NCBI GenBank assembly: GCA_036172245.1
Contig: JAYWIR010000008.1
Location: 1,054,001 to 1,118,000 of the forward strand
Reading direction: 5' to 3'
Source of the DNA: Raillietiella orientalis
Taxonomy: Eukaryota
DNA: 64,000 nucleotides
The notes below the pieces were generated by a model. That model had not been told where the DNA came from. It did not search any database and was given only the letters and a program-made list of their open reading frames with translations. A program made the position numbers and the translations under genes. Shown here in pieces: positions 1 through 11,700 of this stretch (positions are counted from its first letter, which is position 1; the number at the start of each line of letters is the position of its first letter).

Positions 1-1646
1 GACGACTAGCCTGCGATGAGAGGCGGAGGCAGCAGGTCCCGATGAAGGTAAGCAAAGTACCCTCCCCTACTCTCCCGTGATACAGGAGACAGTCGCGCCC
101 CGCTCCGGAAAAGGCGTGTGCGTGTGGAGCAAAGGGATAGGGAGCAGGAGTGCCCGGACGCGGCGTCCTATCCATCCGTCGCGAACGCACATCTTCCTTG
201 CTTGCTTGAAAGTCGGCCTTCGGTTCGAAGGAGCGGGCATCCTCCACTTGCTCGTGGCGGAAGTACTTGCAACCGGAAGGTGATGCAGTTGCATGCCGTT
301 TTCGGGCTTCGGTTGATCGTGCTTTCTCATCTATCGCCTGCGGCTCTGCAGCGCAGCATTCTCCCAGAAGCAGGGTGCCAGCGCGCCCTCACGCGACTGC
401 AATGTTTGGCGCCCCGCCGGGACGAGCGCGTTCCCATTTCCTCCTTTCCTCTCGGTGGTGCCCGGTGGAGCCACCCTCCTGCTCCATTTGGAAGATCCTG
501 CAATCGCGAGTTGTCCCGTAAGTTCCCGGAGTCGAGGAGAGGGGAAGCACTGCCGTTCTGTGACCTTTTGCCACGGCACAGAAGGGATCGGGGAGGCGGG
601 AACACAGATGTGCTTTAGCTGCTGTGGTAGCTGACTGAAGGGGGCAGGGGCAGATCAACGGAGCGAGCGGAGGAAAAACCCTACGCCTATGTATACTTGC
701 CCAGAAAGCCCTGCGGAGGACCACGGACTCCCCGCACGTCCGCTGAGAGGTGCCAAATCAGCGGAGCTGCAGGGGTGCCAAACGGAAAGTTTGTTCGTCC
801 GCAGCCGAGGGCGCAATGGAGAAGGGAGCCCCTAGCTTGTTCGGACGTGACCTGCGGTCTGCCCAGAACGCGAGACAAAGTGCGTGGTGCGCCTCAGCCG
901 CGAAAGAGTTGACGACACTTTGATCTTAGCCAAAAGGCCGAGAGCTCACGAGAGCGCGAGCACACCCTGCCGCAGGTCGCTCCCGATTCGTCATCCTTCT
1001 TACCTCGGATTTCATGCCCGAGAAAACGTCGGGAATCAGCAAAGATGGCGGTCGTGCGCTCCGGTGCGACGTGTAACCGCGAACCACCCGTTCGTAGTCA
1101 ACGCACGCCCTCTAAATCGGCTGATGTCAACGGGGATTGCTCGGCTTGTTCGTCTCGAAGTCGGAAGGTGCCGACGTCCCCGGTTGGGAAGATCGTTCCC
1201 ACCTGCACCCTTTTTTCTCGCTTCCACAATTCGTCACTGTGCGCGCGCCTGCTCGTGACGCGGACTGGCACGCGTGGCCCACAGCTGCAGGGGACTCCGG
1301 CTGCTCCTCCTGCCTACCGGCCCGCGCGCCGGCTCCAATGGCTCTCCCCAGGCCAGCAACGGCGCCAGCGTTGGCGACAATCCTCCCGCCAGCTCGCGGC
1401 GTCCTGCTTTCGACTGCCCGGGGGGGAGGTCGGCTTCCCGTTGGAGGGAGTGCGGTTTTGCTCCGTTCTTTGCAGGATGCCTTCCGCGTTGCCAAGGTGA
1501 AACCAGCTCCGCGGAAATGAGCTCTGGCGCGCCTGCTCCGATCTAAGATGGGTTCCATCTGTTTTACGTTACTCTCTCGCTGCTCGATTTCGTTGCGGTT
1601 TCCAGGGAAAGAAAAGCTGCGGATCGGCGGATTGCCGATTGCTTAC

Positions 1647-1799
1647 AGAGGTTCCTGAAATCGTGCCTCGGGCTCTCCGTGGCGTTTTCTTCTTCCTCTC
1701 GGTCCTTTCCGTGCCCAGGCGAAGAGCTTTTTGTTTTCTCCTGCTTGATGATAAGCCCAGGGGCGCAGCAGCGTCGGCACGGCACCGCCGAGCTGCCAT
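1647..1799 (-). CDS. Candidate internal coding exon of an unidentified minus-strand gene
   Basis: 153-nt open segment between the acceptor GTGTTCACAG and the donor GTAAGC, phase 1 to 1. It encodes GSSAVPCRRCCAPGLIIKQEKTKSSSPGHGKDREEEENATESPRHDFRNL, which contains an IKQE SUMO-type motif. No recognised domain. Confidence 0.3.
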
Positions 1800-2945
1800 C
1801 TGTGAACACCGACTGCGATGCGAAGAGTCCCTGCCATCTATCGGTGCATTCGTTTATTTTCCCCGTTGCCTTCATGGCAGGCGAGACTGCCTCGTTCGAG
1901 CACATGTGCGAAAGCGGCTTAACACGTGTGTATGATCATTCCGTTGTTAGGTGTTGGTGACTGCAACGGCCGTGCAGCACAGCAAGCCGCCCTTCACGTT
2001 CACAGTAAGTGCACGAAAGTGTGTGTGTGTGTTTTTCGTTTTGCTTCTGCCGGGGTGTGCGAACTGATGCCTCCGATGGAGGAGCCCTGCAGTTAGCCCG
2101 CGAAACCGTCGCTCCCGATTTGGTTCCCTCAGCTTTCGAGCACGCGAGCACCGTGACCTTTGGGCATCCCGTTTTTTCCCGTGTCGAGCGCAGCCCGGTG
2201 TTTCCCTGTCCTGCACCAAGGCGGTGCGCGTCCGCGGGGGTCATCCGGAAGGGTGAACCTCCAGCTGGTGCTGCCCGAGCGTTCGTGCCCGGCGGCTCCC
2301 ATGGGCCATCGTGAGCCGCGCGCGAGCTCTTCTTTTCCTCTTCGTTGGAAACGGCACGTCGGGCGGAAACGCGCGCGGTGGCGGACCTTCTTTTTCCCCC
2401 GCCTGGAGCGGTAGGGGGTTCTGCACGCTCGCGGCGGGTCTCCCGGGAGAAGCTTCGGGGGTGCGTCTGATCCTCGCGCTGTCCCCTCCCCGCCTCTGCT
2501 GCGGTCCTTTTCCGCGCAGGGGCCTGGGAAATCCCTTCCCCGAGAGCCAGAGGGGAGAGCCAGGTGTCCGTCGCGGAGCGCGCGGGTCGGTCGGAGCTGA
2601 AAAGCCCCGGCCCCACCGGCGGATGCGCAGAGATGGCAGCTGCCCCGTGCTTGCGTGCGGGATCATCCGGGACGCAGCGGCAGCCACCTTGGTTTCCGGC
2701 AGCGACGCGGCTTCTTCCCTGCCTGTTGGGAGCTTTCGGCGCCGCCCGCCGCCGTGAGTCACTCACTCTTCTGCGGCAGCTCATGCCGCTCACCGCCGAT
2801 CTCGGCGCCCCTTTTCCTTTCCTTCGTGCCGAGACGCAGCAGCAGCATTACCACCCTGCATGCGTACACATTTGCGCGCGCGCGGGGGGTGCGCGTTGGT
2901 GTCGGCGCGTCCGTAAGCTTCTTTTTTCTCTTCTCCAACGGATCC

Positions 2946-2986
2946 TGCGTGCGTGCGTGCGTGCGTGTGTGTGTGTGTGTGTGTGT
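2946..2986. repeat. Compound microsatellite (TGCG)n(TG)n
   Basis: Read directly from the sequence. Confidence 0.9.
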
Positions 2987-3199
2987 TTTTCGCGCTTTCT
3001 GGTGATGGTGTGGCGGAGCCGTCTCAAGGGCGAGAGTCTATACATTTGTTTGTACAGCCTTTATTGTTTCTGATGGGTGTGGTTTATTTTGCGAGGCGAA
3101 GCCAAAGGCAAACGCTGGTCACCAGGCAAACATTTTGAAGCGCAGGAGCTTGCAGCTAATTTTAGCTATCCCCATTCCGCGTTGTGGGGTTGCCTTCCC

Positions 3200-3660
3200 C
3201 CCATTTACGCGCATGCGCAGGGTGCAATCACTGAAGGCTGCGATTCGCGACTATAAGCACGTGAAGATTAAGCACTGCAATTAAAGACTAGGAGTAGACC
3301 GTGACCTTCCACTGAATCTTCGATCATTGCCATAAAGCGCACTGTCGTTCGCATCTTGACCCCCACTTGACTGCGGGGTACCGCCGCGCTCATTGCTATT
3401 CCAAGCATCCGTACCATTCGTAGATGAAAGCACGTTCTGCGAACGACTCCCAGCTACCTTTTTATCAGTGTGATGTAAGACTAAGGTAAAAGCCTGACGT
3501 CTAATTCAATAGTTCGTTCCCGCGACGGCTCCTTTCAGTTTTACTCTAAACGTTTGTGCCATTGCACGAGCACTCGTTGGTCACTACAGAAAGGTGACCA
3601 AAATCTTCCTTATCGTCAGCTGTTCCACTCTGCTTGACTTGCCGGCGTCTTCGGCGACGA
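3200..3660. promoter_or_regulatory. Candidate promoter region of the FGD gene (possibly bidirectional)
   Basis: Lower-GC segment just upstream of ATG 3662, with an NRF-1/Ewg-type motif CGCGCATGCGCA (3208-3219), an E-box CACGTG (about 3258) and a CRE-like TGACGT (about 3495). Motif evidence only. Confidence 0.35.
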
Positions 3661-3661
3661 A

Positions 3662-5616
3662 ATGCCCGGGCGCGATGATGGCCGATCCGACATGGAGGCG
3701 GCGGAAGCGCGGGGTGGGGGAGGGGGTGGCGCATTGACTCCTGGCGATTTCCGGTTCTCGCGAAGAACGCTGGCGGTCGCGCGAGCACGCAGCCTCCGGA
3801 AAGCGGAAGCGCTCGCTCGCGCACGGAAGGGGGGGGGGAGGGAGGAGGGGAGGAGTCGGTCAGGTTCCGATCTCCGGCGGCGGCGGAAGCAGGCGCGATC
3901 GTCCGGTGAGCTGCCTCCGTCGTCCGCTGCCCTCGGGAACCGTGCGATGCCGCCGGCGGTTCTCCACCCGGAGCCATCCATTTGCCTCTCGCGGATCCGC
4001 GTGGCCGGCGCCACTCCCTGCTGCGCCTCACCGCGGCGCCGCCGCAGCCACCTGTCGCTGCAGGCTCTGGCGGTGGGCCGCGCAGCACCGGGAAAGGGCG
4101 AGGGAGAGGGGCTCGTGCCGGTTTTCTCCGCCACGCACGCGGAGGCGCCCCTCTTGCGACCAACACCCGGGCGCCGAGAACGGCGAGCATCCGCGCGACG
4201 GGGTGTTCCCGCTCAAGGCAGGCCGCAAGGTCGCGTGACCTTGCAAGGGTCCGGAAGGAAGCCGTTGCCCTCGCTAGGCGCGCGCGCTCTGAGGCTCTCG
4301 GTGCGTCTCGAGTCGGCGCGCGGTCGGGACTCCCCGGTTCCCTTCGACTCCTCCCCCTTCTCTCTCTCTCTCTCTTCCGGCGACTGCGTTGCCCGCAGTT
4401 CCTCCCTCCTTCCGGGGACTTCTGGACGACGCACCGAGCAGTGAGAGCACGTGTTCTTTCCGTTTCAGCCGGGAGCAGGCCGTGAGACCTCCGAGGAGAT
4501 GCCGCAGACCCCGTGCTTCCGTCCCGAAGAACCCAGATCATGACCACGTGACCGCAGAGGACCCCCCGAACTCCGGCCTCCGCGACCACGGCAAGGCATT
4601 CCTAGTCACCGCTAGCCCTGGATCAACCGAACCCGGAGCGCGGCGAGGGGCCCTCCGATCCCTCGCGCAAGGGAGGCAGCGCAACCGCCGTCGCCGCTGC
4701 CGCCGCTGCGCCCTCCTTCGGACCTTCAGGAGCGTCCTCTGCGTGGTTTTCGGGGGGAGCCGCGGCTTCCGGGATCGCGGGGGCCACTTCCACTCCCGGC
4801 CCCCACCCGCTGCGGCCAAGATCTGGTGGCCCCGGGTCGAACCCCCGCGGCCGCTTCCGCGGGTCAAGGGCCCCGTCGGCAGGAAATGGATTCGGGTCGC
4901 CGCTGACATTCCCTTCATCGACGAGCGCCCTCTAGGCGTCGGCGTTGGGGGTGGTGGGGGACGCCAGCAGCAGCAGCAGCAGCAGAAGCAGCAGCAGCCG
5001 ACGAGGGAGGAGCAGTGCTCATCCCCGCCGTCACCACCGGCGGAAGCGGCTGCGCGGCGGGGAGGCTGCGCCGAGAGGATCACGGACCCCGCCGCGTGCC
5101 TGCTTGGCGCGCCTGCGGTGCCGTTCGCGTCCTTCGACAACGACGACGACGACGACGACGACGGGGACGAGTTCCTGCTGGTGCTGGGCGAAGCGAGGGA
5201 TCGGGAGGAGGAGAGGGAGGGCGAATCGCCCGTGCGGCCGCCGCCGTCCCCCACGCCCCCGTCGCCGCTCTACGCCGAGGTCGTGCGCCAGCCGAAGGTC
5301 CTCCCGGCGGTGGCAGGGGAAGGCGTCCACTTCGCGTCTTCGTCACCCTCCCCCCTGCCCCCTCCCCGCAAGCGGGGGCCTCGTGGCCCCACGCGCAGCC
5401 CCATGCAGTACCGGCCCCTCCCTCCGAGGCCTGCGGACTGTGGCGGCGCGCCCTCGTCGGCAGGCAGCGGCAGCTCCGCGGACGCTTCCGAAGGGAGGTG
5501 CCCAGGGGACGAGGGGGACCTCCACAACTACGAGGTCCTCGTGCCGCTGCCTCCCTCCCCGCCGCTGCTGATACTCCCGCAGCCTCCAAGGAGAGCTAGG
5601 AGGGCTGCCCTTGCTG
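3662..5616 (+). CDS. Probable 5' exons of the FGD gene (model: 3662-3905 and 4936-5616), encoding a low-complexity Pro/Gln/Asp-rich N-terminus
   Basis: ATG at 3662 (alternative ATG at 3692) and a phase-1 donor G|GTGAGC at 3906. A phase-1 acceptor TAG ends at 4935, with a CTGAC branch-like motif about 30 nt upstream. 4936-5616 is open in the same frame as the DH exon and encodes polyQ, polyD, PxxP tracts and the LYAEV and NYEVL motifs. A weak donor G|GTGGCT at 5617 can join a strong pyrimidine-rich acceptor ending at 5715. The full model is 2979 nt (992 aa); exon boundaries are uncertain. Confidence 0.5.
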
Positions 5617-5715
5617 GTGGCTGCTCCCGGGCCCCCTCGTAGCTCCGGTTCGGTTGATCCACATCTCCTCCTCCTTCTCCTCTTTCCTTCTCTCCCTCCA
5701 TTCCCCCTCCCCCAG

Positions 5716-7985
5716 GCCCTCCTGCCGCTCTTCCCGCGGTCCAGGGGGAGGGCATGGACACGGACGACTCTTCCTCCCCTGCTCCCCTGTCCGGCGCCGC
5801 CCGCTGGCGCCAGCCGTCTCCGGACGTGCTCGCCGGCGGCCGCGTGTCCCTCCTGGTGAGCCGCTACGAGCGCTGGAGCTGCGGCGGCGGGGACGGCGAC
5901 TCGGAACGGTCTCCTTCCCCTCCGCAGGACCTCGCCGCCTCTCCAGGAGCCTCCCCCGCTCCCGCGGCGTGCGACGAGGAGGATCTGCGGACGCGGCGCG
6001 ACGCCGGGGCGCTCCTGGTGGCGCGCGAGATGGTCGCCTCGGAGGAAACCTTCGTGGGCGACCTACACCTCCTCGTCGTGGATTTCCGCGCGTACCTCCT
6101 GGACAACAGCCGCTGGACGATGCTGCCCATCTCGTCCGAGGAGCTGGACGCTCTCCTGGGGCACCTCCCTCAGCTGCTGAAGCTGCACGAGCGCCTGCTG
6201 GCCGAGATGAAGCTCTGCCTGCGCGGTGGGGACGGCGGCGAGGAGGAGGAGAAACCGCCGAAGGCGCTGGCGCGAGTCATCGTGCGCACCGGGCCGTTCC
6301 TCAAGCTGCACGCCCTTTACGCCGCCGAGTTCGAGAACCTTTGCCGCCAGTGGGATGCGCTGGTGCGCCGCCGTCCCGCTTTCGCCGCCGCCCTCCGCGA
6401 GTACGAGACCCTTGGGCGCTGCCGTATGCTGGCGCTGCGGCACTTCCTGCTCCGACCCGTGCAGCGGCTGCTCCAGTATACCCTCCTGCTGGACAGCTAC
6501 CGGAAGCACCTGGAGGAGGGCACCGAAGAATTCCAGGACACCGAAGTCGCCCTCCGCGTCGTCCGGGACGTCTGCCAGCACGTCAACCACTCGAAGCACC
6601 TCAACGTGAGTCGTCTCCCCCTCCCCCCCTCCCTCCCTCGAGGGCGAGAAACTCAGCGTACCCCTCTGATCCTCAGGAAAGCTTCGAGAGGCTGTGGACC
6701 CTGAAGAGCCGCTTCCCACAGGTCCAGATCATCCGCCCCGGTCGGGAGACGCTGATCAAGGAAGGGGGGCTGATGAAACTGTGCAGAAAGGGGTTGCAGG
6801 CGCGCTACTTCCTCCTGGTACGCGCGCAGGGAGGGGAGGAGAGAGGGAGGGGGGAATGGCGCGTCCTCCACGCCGACGCCTGCGGCCTCTTACAGTTCAA
6901 CGACTGCCTGCTGCAACTGAGCTACGTGGCGCCCTACAGGTACCCCATCTGGTCGGCCATGCGCCTCAAGTGCGAGCTGCGCCTGGAGAAGATGTTCATC
7001 CAGCTTCCGGAGGACTCAGAGGACCACGCGCGGGAGTTCAGCGTCATTTCGGACGTACGCAGCTTCACCCTGTCGGCGTGTTCCGTGGAGGAGCGCGACC
7101 GATGGGTGGCGGACCTGCGCGCGGCCATCGCCGCCCACACGGATCGGCTCGCTTCCGTCAGCGGCTCTTCAGCCGGTGACCCCGGGGGCGGAGGCGGCGC
7201 GGCGGGCGGAGCCCCATTCGTCTTGGGGGAAAAGGCCCCCGTCTGGATCCCGGACGACCGCGTGACCATGTGCCACCTGTGCGCCAGGAAGTTCACCTTC
7301 ACTCGTCGCCGGCACCACTGCCGCGCCTGCGGGAAGGTGAGCGCTTGCTTGTTCGTCCCACCACCCCCCTCCCATTCCCCCCCCTCACGCCCGCTTCTTG
7401 CAGGTCGTCTGCGCCTCCTGCTCGAGCCATCGCGCCAGCCTGGGGTACAGCCAGTGCCCGCACAACCGCGTCTGCGTGGCCTGCTTCGCCGCCCTGTGCA
7501 GGATGGAGGAGGAGGGCGACTGCTCCAAGGAGACGCTACCGCCCTCGGATGGCGGAAGGGCGGCTTCCGGACAAAAGTCCGGCAGGTCCTTCGCGGATGT
7601 CGGACCGCGGGCCGTGGCTTCGCTGACCCCTGCCTTGGCGGTGGGGGAATGTGGCAGAGGAGGGACCAGTCAGCAAATGAACGGGCACCTGCTGCTTCGC
7701 CACCACAGCGCCTGGAGGCGCGTGTGGTTCTCCCTGCGAGACGGCTTTCTGGAGTGGTTCGATGCCTGCGAGGACGTCCTGCCCGTGGGCTCCCTGCCTC
7801 TGGAACACTGCAAGGTCTTCCTGCACGAATCGGAGGAGCGGTCCGCGATCCACTTGGTCTGCAGCAACATCAGGCGCCTGACCCTGAGCTCCAACTCCAA
7901 GTCCGTCGTGGAGAGGTGGTTTTCCGCGCTTCAGGCTGCAACCACCAGCCCGTCCCCCCCCGACGACGTAGATTCCAGGACCTGA
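5716..7985 (+). CDS. FGD6: FYVE, RhoGEF and PH domain-containing protein (FGD5/FGD6-like Cdc42/Rho GEF), core exons 5716-6605, 6677-6817, 6896-7336, 7404-7985
   Basis: DH domain ([12 protein letters not shown]...[21 protein letters not shown]...HVN), PH1 ([10 protein letters not shown]...YFLL|FNDCLL...[20 protein letters not shown]), FYVE with WxxD, RRHHCR and RVC motifs ([16 protein letters not shown]...[18 protein letters not shown]...RVCVAC), and PH2 ([16 protein letters not shown]...VERWFSAL). Three phase-0 GT-AG introns (6606-6676, 6818-6895, 7337-7403) join the domains in frame; the stop is TGA at 7983-7985. The symbol reflects the closest family resemblance I recall (FGD5/6 FYVE retains WxxD), not proven orthology. 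Confidence 0.93.
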
Positions 7986-8732
7986 CCGGTGTTTCCGCGT
8001 CCTGGTTCCCCTCTATTCTCCCTCTCCCCCCCCCCCGCTTTTTCCCCGCTCCCTTCTCTCCAGCCACGGAAAGCGTGCGGGCACACTGGGATGCTTCGTC
8101 GTTGCCCTAAGCTCAAGCTTCCTGTTGACTTCCCGTTTCTCACACGCACCTCGCCGCGTGCGCGCCAACGATCGTCCCTCAACCCACGTTCCTTCCACCC
8201 CGACCCCTGCTCTCCGGGCTTTCTCGTGGTCATTTGGGGTTGCTCCGGAAGAGCCGCGAAGCAGATGCGAGCGGTCGGAGGAGGAAGAAGCAGTCCGCGC
8301 AAGTGAGGAGGGTTTTCCGGGTTCCTCCTTTGGCAAGAGGCGCTTCCTGAACCTCGCTCGAAAGGCGGCTTTTTCTCCCCATCCGGACCATTTCAAGAAG
8401 AGGGAAACTTTTGCGTGCGTTGCACCCCATAGTCAAGCCTGAGGAGGCATTTGGAATCTCAGCGAGGTGCCCATCTCGCCTTTGCCACGTCACCAATGCC
8501 CCCCTCGCCCTTCTTAACGTTTGTTCCCCGTGATGAGCAATGGCTATTCGGGAGAGCTGGGTCGTGCGATCCGCTCCGAATGCTTCCCTTCCTCCGAACC
8601 CCATGTTCCTCATGTCCAAAGGAAGAGGGAAGGAAGTCTGCGCCTGCTCACCTCCCTTGTCACGCTGAAGAACTTCCTCCTCGCATCGCGCCACTCGTGT
8701 TTCTGTTTGTTTTTCTGTTTGTTTCGACGTAC

Positions 8733-8738
8733 ATTAAA
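8733..8738 (+). terminator. Candidate polyadenylation signal (ATTAAA) of the FGD gene
   Basis: ATTAAA about 750 nt after the stop codon, preceded by a U/GU-rich tract. Confidence 0.3.
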
Positions 8739-11700
8739 GGCACAACGTGGTGAGGAGGTCGTGCTGCAAGGAAGCGGCGGCGCGTGGTCACGTGGTATCA
8801 TGGCGAATGTCAGGCAGGCCCCCACTTCCCGTTATTTCGCTCGTACCGAAAGTCGAGGAGGAGTTTAGCACACTGCGGAAGCGCACAAGCAGCCAAAACT
8901 TTCCAGACTGGGGTCACTGGAACGCGTGTGCACGCAAGCCACGCACGCACGGCAAGCTGGGGCCCCAGCAGATCTAAGATCGCACGCACTGGACCCTCCG
9001 CATCCCGATGGAAGCGTCCGAAATGGCGGCGACCCTGACAAAGCGAGTACTTCTTGTCCCGTTTTTGGGAATCGAGTCGGGGGAGGGACAGCCGAGGCAC
9101 CGCGCGGCTGCCTCCCGGAGTCACCTGTCCGATGCCCCTCCCCCTTCTGCTCCCTGTTTGCGTGCCTAGAGGGTTTTGGAAATGGGAAAATCGACGCGTA
9201 ACTTGTAGGGTAGGCTCGCGCACCCCCCCACCCCATTTGTAGCGTCCTTTTCGGTTGTAGAGGATTCGCTACCTGAACGGTGGTCTTGCAAACGCCGCGA
9301 AGGGCAGGGCAGGAGCTCCTTCCTGCCCTTCGCGTACGAGTACGCGGCTCCGTTCCGTCGCCAGAGCGCTTCACGCGCCGCCGGGTTAACCCCTCTCTGC
9401 CACGGGAACGCCGAAGGTCTTCCAGGGAAGGAGCAGAGGGGTCCGCTCTCGGCCATTCGCAAGGCGAACCTCCACGTGCAGACGCGGGCGAGCCACGGAG
9501 AGGCGCTCCCCGCCCGCCGGCCGACCGACCGCCCACTCGGCCTCGCTTCTCTCGCCGCCCCGATCCCCTCCCGTGGGGTCCCCGGACGGGATGCGCGTGC
9601 TCGCCGTGGGATGCCTTGTGCGGCGGGTCATCTGCGAAGCCGCCTCGGGGCATCTCGGCGGCGACACGCTCGTTGGCGCGGAGGCGAGGGGGAGGGGAGC
9701 TCGGCTTTCTTTCCGCTAGCGCACTGGCGGCGCCCCTAGCGGCAGTTCCGCAGTCGCGTCGCGTCCACTCGCTTCTCGCGTGCGTCGGAACGCCTCGGGC
9801 GCGGTGGCGACTTGCGGCTGCGTTCGACCGGAAACAAATGCAAACGTTTCGCGAGCTGGAGAGCGCCTGCCCTTCGCTCCCGAAAGGCTTCCCCCTTCCT
9901 CCTCCTTTTTTTCTTTTTTTTATTCCTCCTCCCTTTTTAGTCTGGGAAGGGACCCATCCCCTTTGCGCAGGAAACGCGAGCATTGCGTGCAACGCGGAAT
10001 CCCCACGGAGGGAGGCCGACGATGCAGCAGCCGAGGCACCCGCAAGCTGTTTCGGAAGTGACGTTACCGAGCCGGGCTCGTGATGAAAGGGAATTAATCG
10101 CCCATATTGTTCGACTTCCCCCCCTCGTCCAGCAACTGGTGGTTTCCAAGGAGAAAAAAAAAGGGGGGGGGGGGGAACGGAAGGGGAAGAAGGCGACAAT
10201 TGCGTGTCGGTGTCGTCGCGCGAGAGCACGCGCGCGCGGGCCGCCACGGGTGCGGATGGGACAGCTCCCCGGGATGTGGGAGCGCTCGCGCTTACGTTCG
10301 CCCTTTCGCAGATGCTGGTGAGCATCACCACCGAATGCGGATGCGCCTGAGGTGGACCCAGCAGCCGGAGAACCTCCCCCCCCCCCTCCCTTTCCCGTCC
10401 CGGCCTTCTGGCCGGCTTGGCGGAGCGTCGCTCCCGCTCACAGGTCCGCGGGGAGGCACCTTTGGTCCATCTTGGATTCGCTGTTTGGTCCTCATGCGTG
10501 TCCAACTAGCGTCTGCGGCAAGGTGGTCTGCGCTCTTACTAAGGGGGTTGGGCGTACTTCCTCCCCTCTCCTTCTCTCTCCTCGAAACCCACTCGCGCGC
10601 GGATGCTACTGACCTCTTATCGTTCGATGGCCAGGGAGTCTCACGGTCCCCGCGGAACTGCCACCTCGGAGAATGCGCGCCCGAGGATCCGCGCGCCACC
10701 TTCCGGCGCTCCTTCCCTCCTCTCCGTCCTGACTTCTTCCTCCCCACCTCCGCGCACGATGCTCCCCCTCTCGGTCCATTCCTGCGTGGGTGCTCCTGTG
10801 CACCGCGGGTCGGGTCGGCCGAACACCTCGGGTGCCGCCAGCCTATGGTGCCGCTCCGGTTTCGGTCACAGGAAGGCCGGGTTCGGTTGGTTCTCACGGC
10901 TCCTCCGTCCTGCCACCGTTGCCCCGGCGACCGAGTGGCCCTCCAAGGAGATGTACTTGGAGACGGCCTGCCTGGACCTTTGTCGCCTTCGGGTGGTCTT
11001 GGATCTTGTCCTACCCTCCACGCTCGCCTCGGATCCACGTGGGGCAGCGGGGACAGGGTTTTAACCGAGTCCCTTCCGTCTCAGGCCCGCCACTCGCTCC
11101 CGAAGGAGAGGGGGCGCTGCCGGAGCAACGGAGGGTGCACCTGGTCGCACTTTTTCCGGCGTACTCCGGGCGTACTCTGGAGCACCCGTCTCGTGCCGTC
11201 TCGGAACTGCAGTCGGGAGCATCCCAGGTCACGGTCAGAAACCCCCGTCCACCAACGCCTGCCTCTCACTCGAGGTCTGGAAGGGTGAAGAGCATCGGGT
11301 GGGGCTCCAGTGATCTCCCGGGAGATGCGAGCGAATGCAGCGGCTCCGCAGCTTCCCGAAGCCCGTGGGCATCCCCTTGAGTGGGAGAGCGCGGAACAAG
11401 AAGCCCTTGGGACTGGATCGTGGCGCCGAACTACGGGGTCGCGAGCGCAGGGATAGAGGTCGCAAAAGTGCCTCCCGTCCCGGAGACGCAAGAGCGGTCC
11501 TCCGCAGAACGTCGCCGATCCGAGAATGCCGGAGGTCGAAGTCGAAGGCTGCACGCGCTCCCGACCGGGGAGTGGCGCAACGGTCGGCGAAACCGAGCAG
11601 CACATCAGGGTGCACAATCCCTTCCTTTCTCTGCTCCACCGTCGGCCTCGGAAGGCGGCTCCAGGCTTTGTCGATGGTCTCTGCAGATTTTTGTTCGCTG

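Noticed and set aside
5654..8110. 818-aa ORF as a single-exon gene
   Set aside because: Only the part from 6677 to 7336 (less the 78-nt intron) is in the true FGD frame; the rest is off-frame or intronic.
8865..10505. 546-aa minus-strand ORF (likewise 16416-17966, 30914-32317, 56223-57581 and 62371-63975)
   Set aside because: R/P/G/A/S-rich translations with no domain, several running through homopolymer or low-complexity tracts; long stop-free frames are expected at this GC content.
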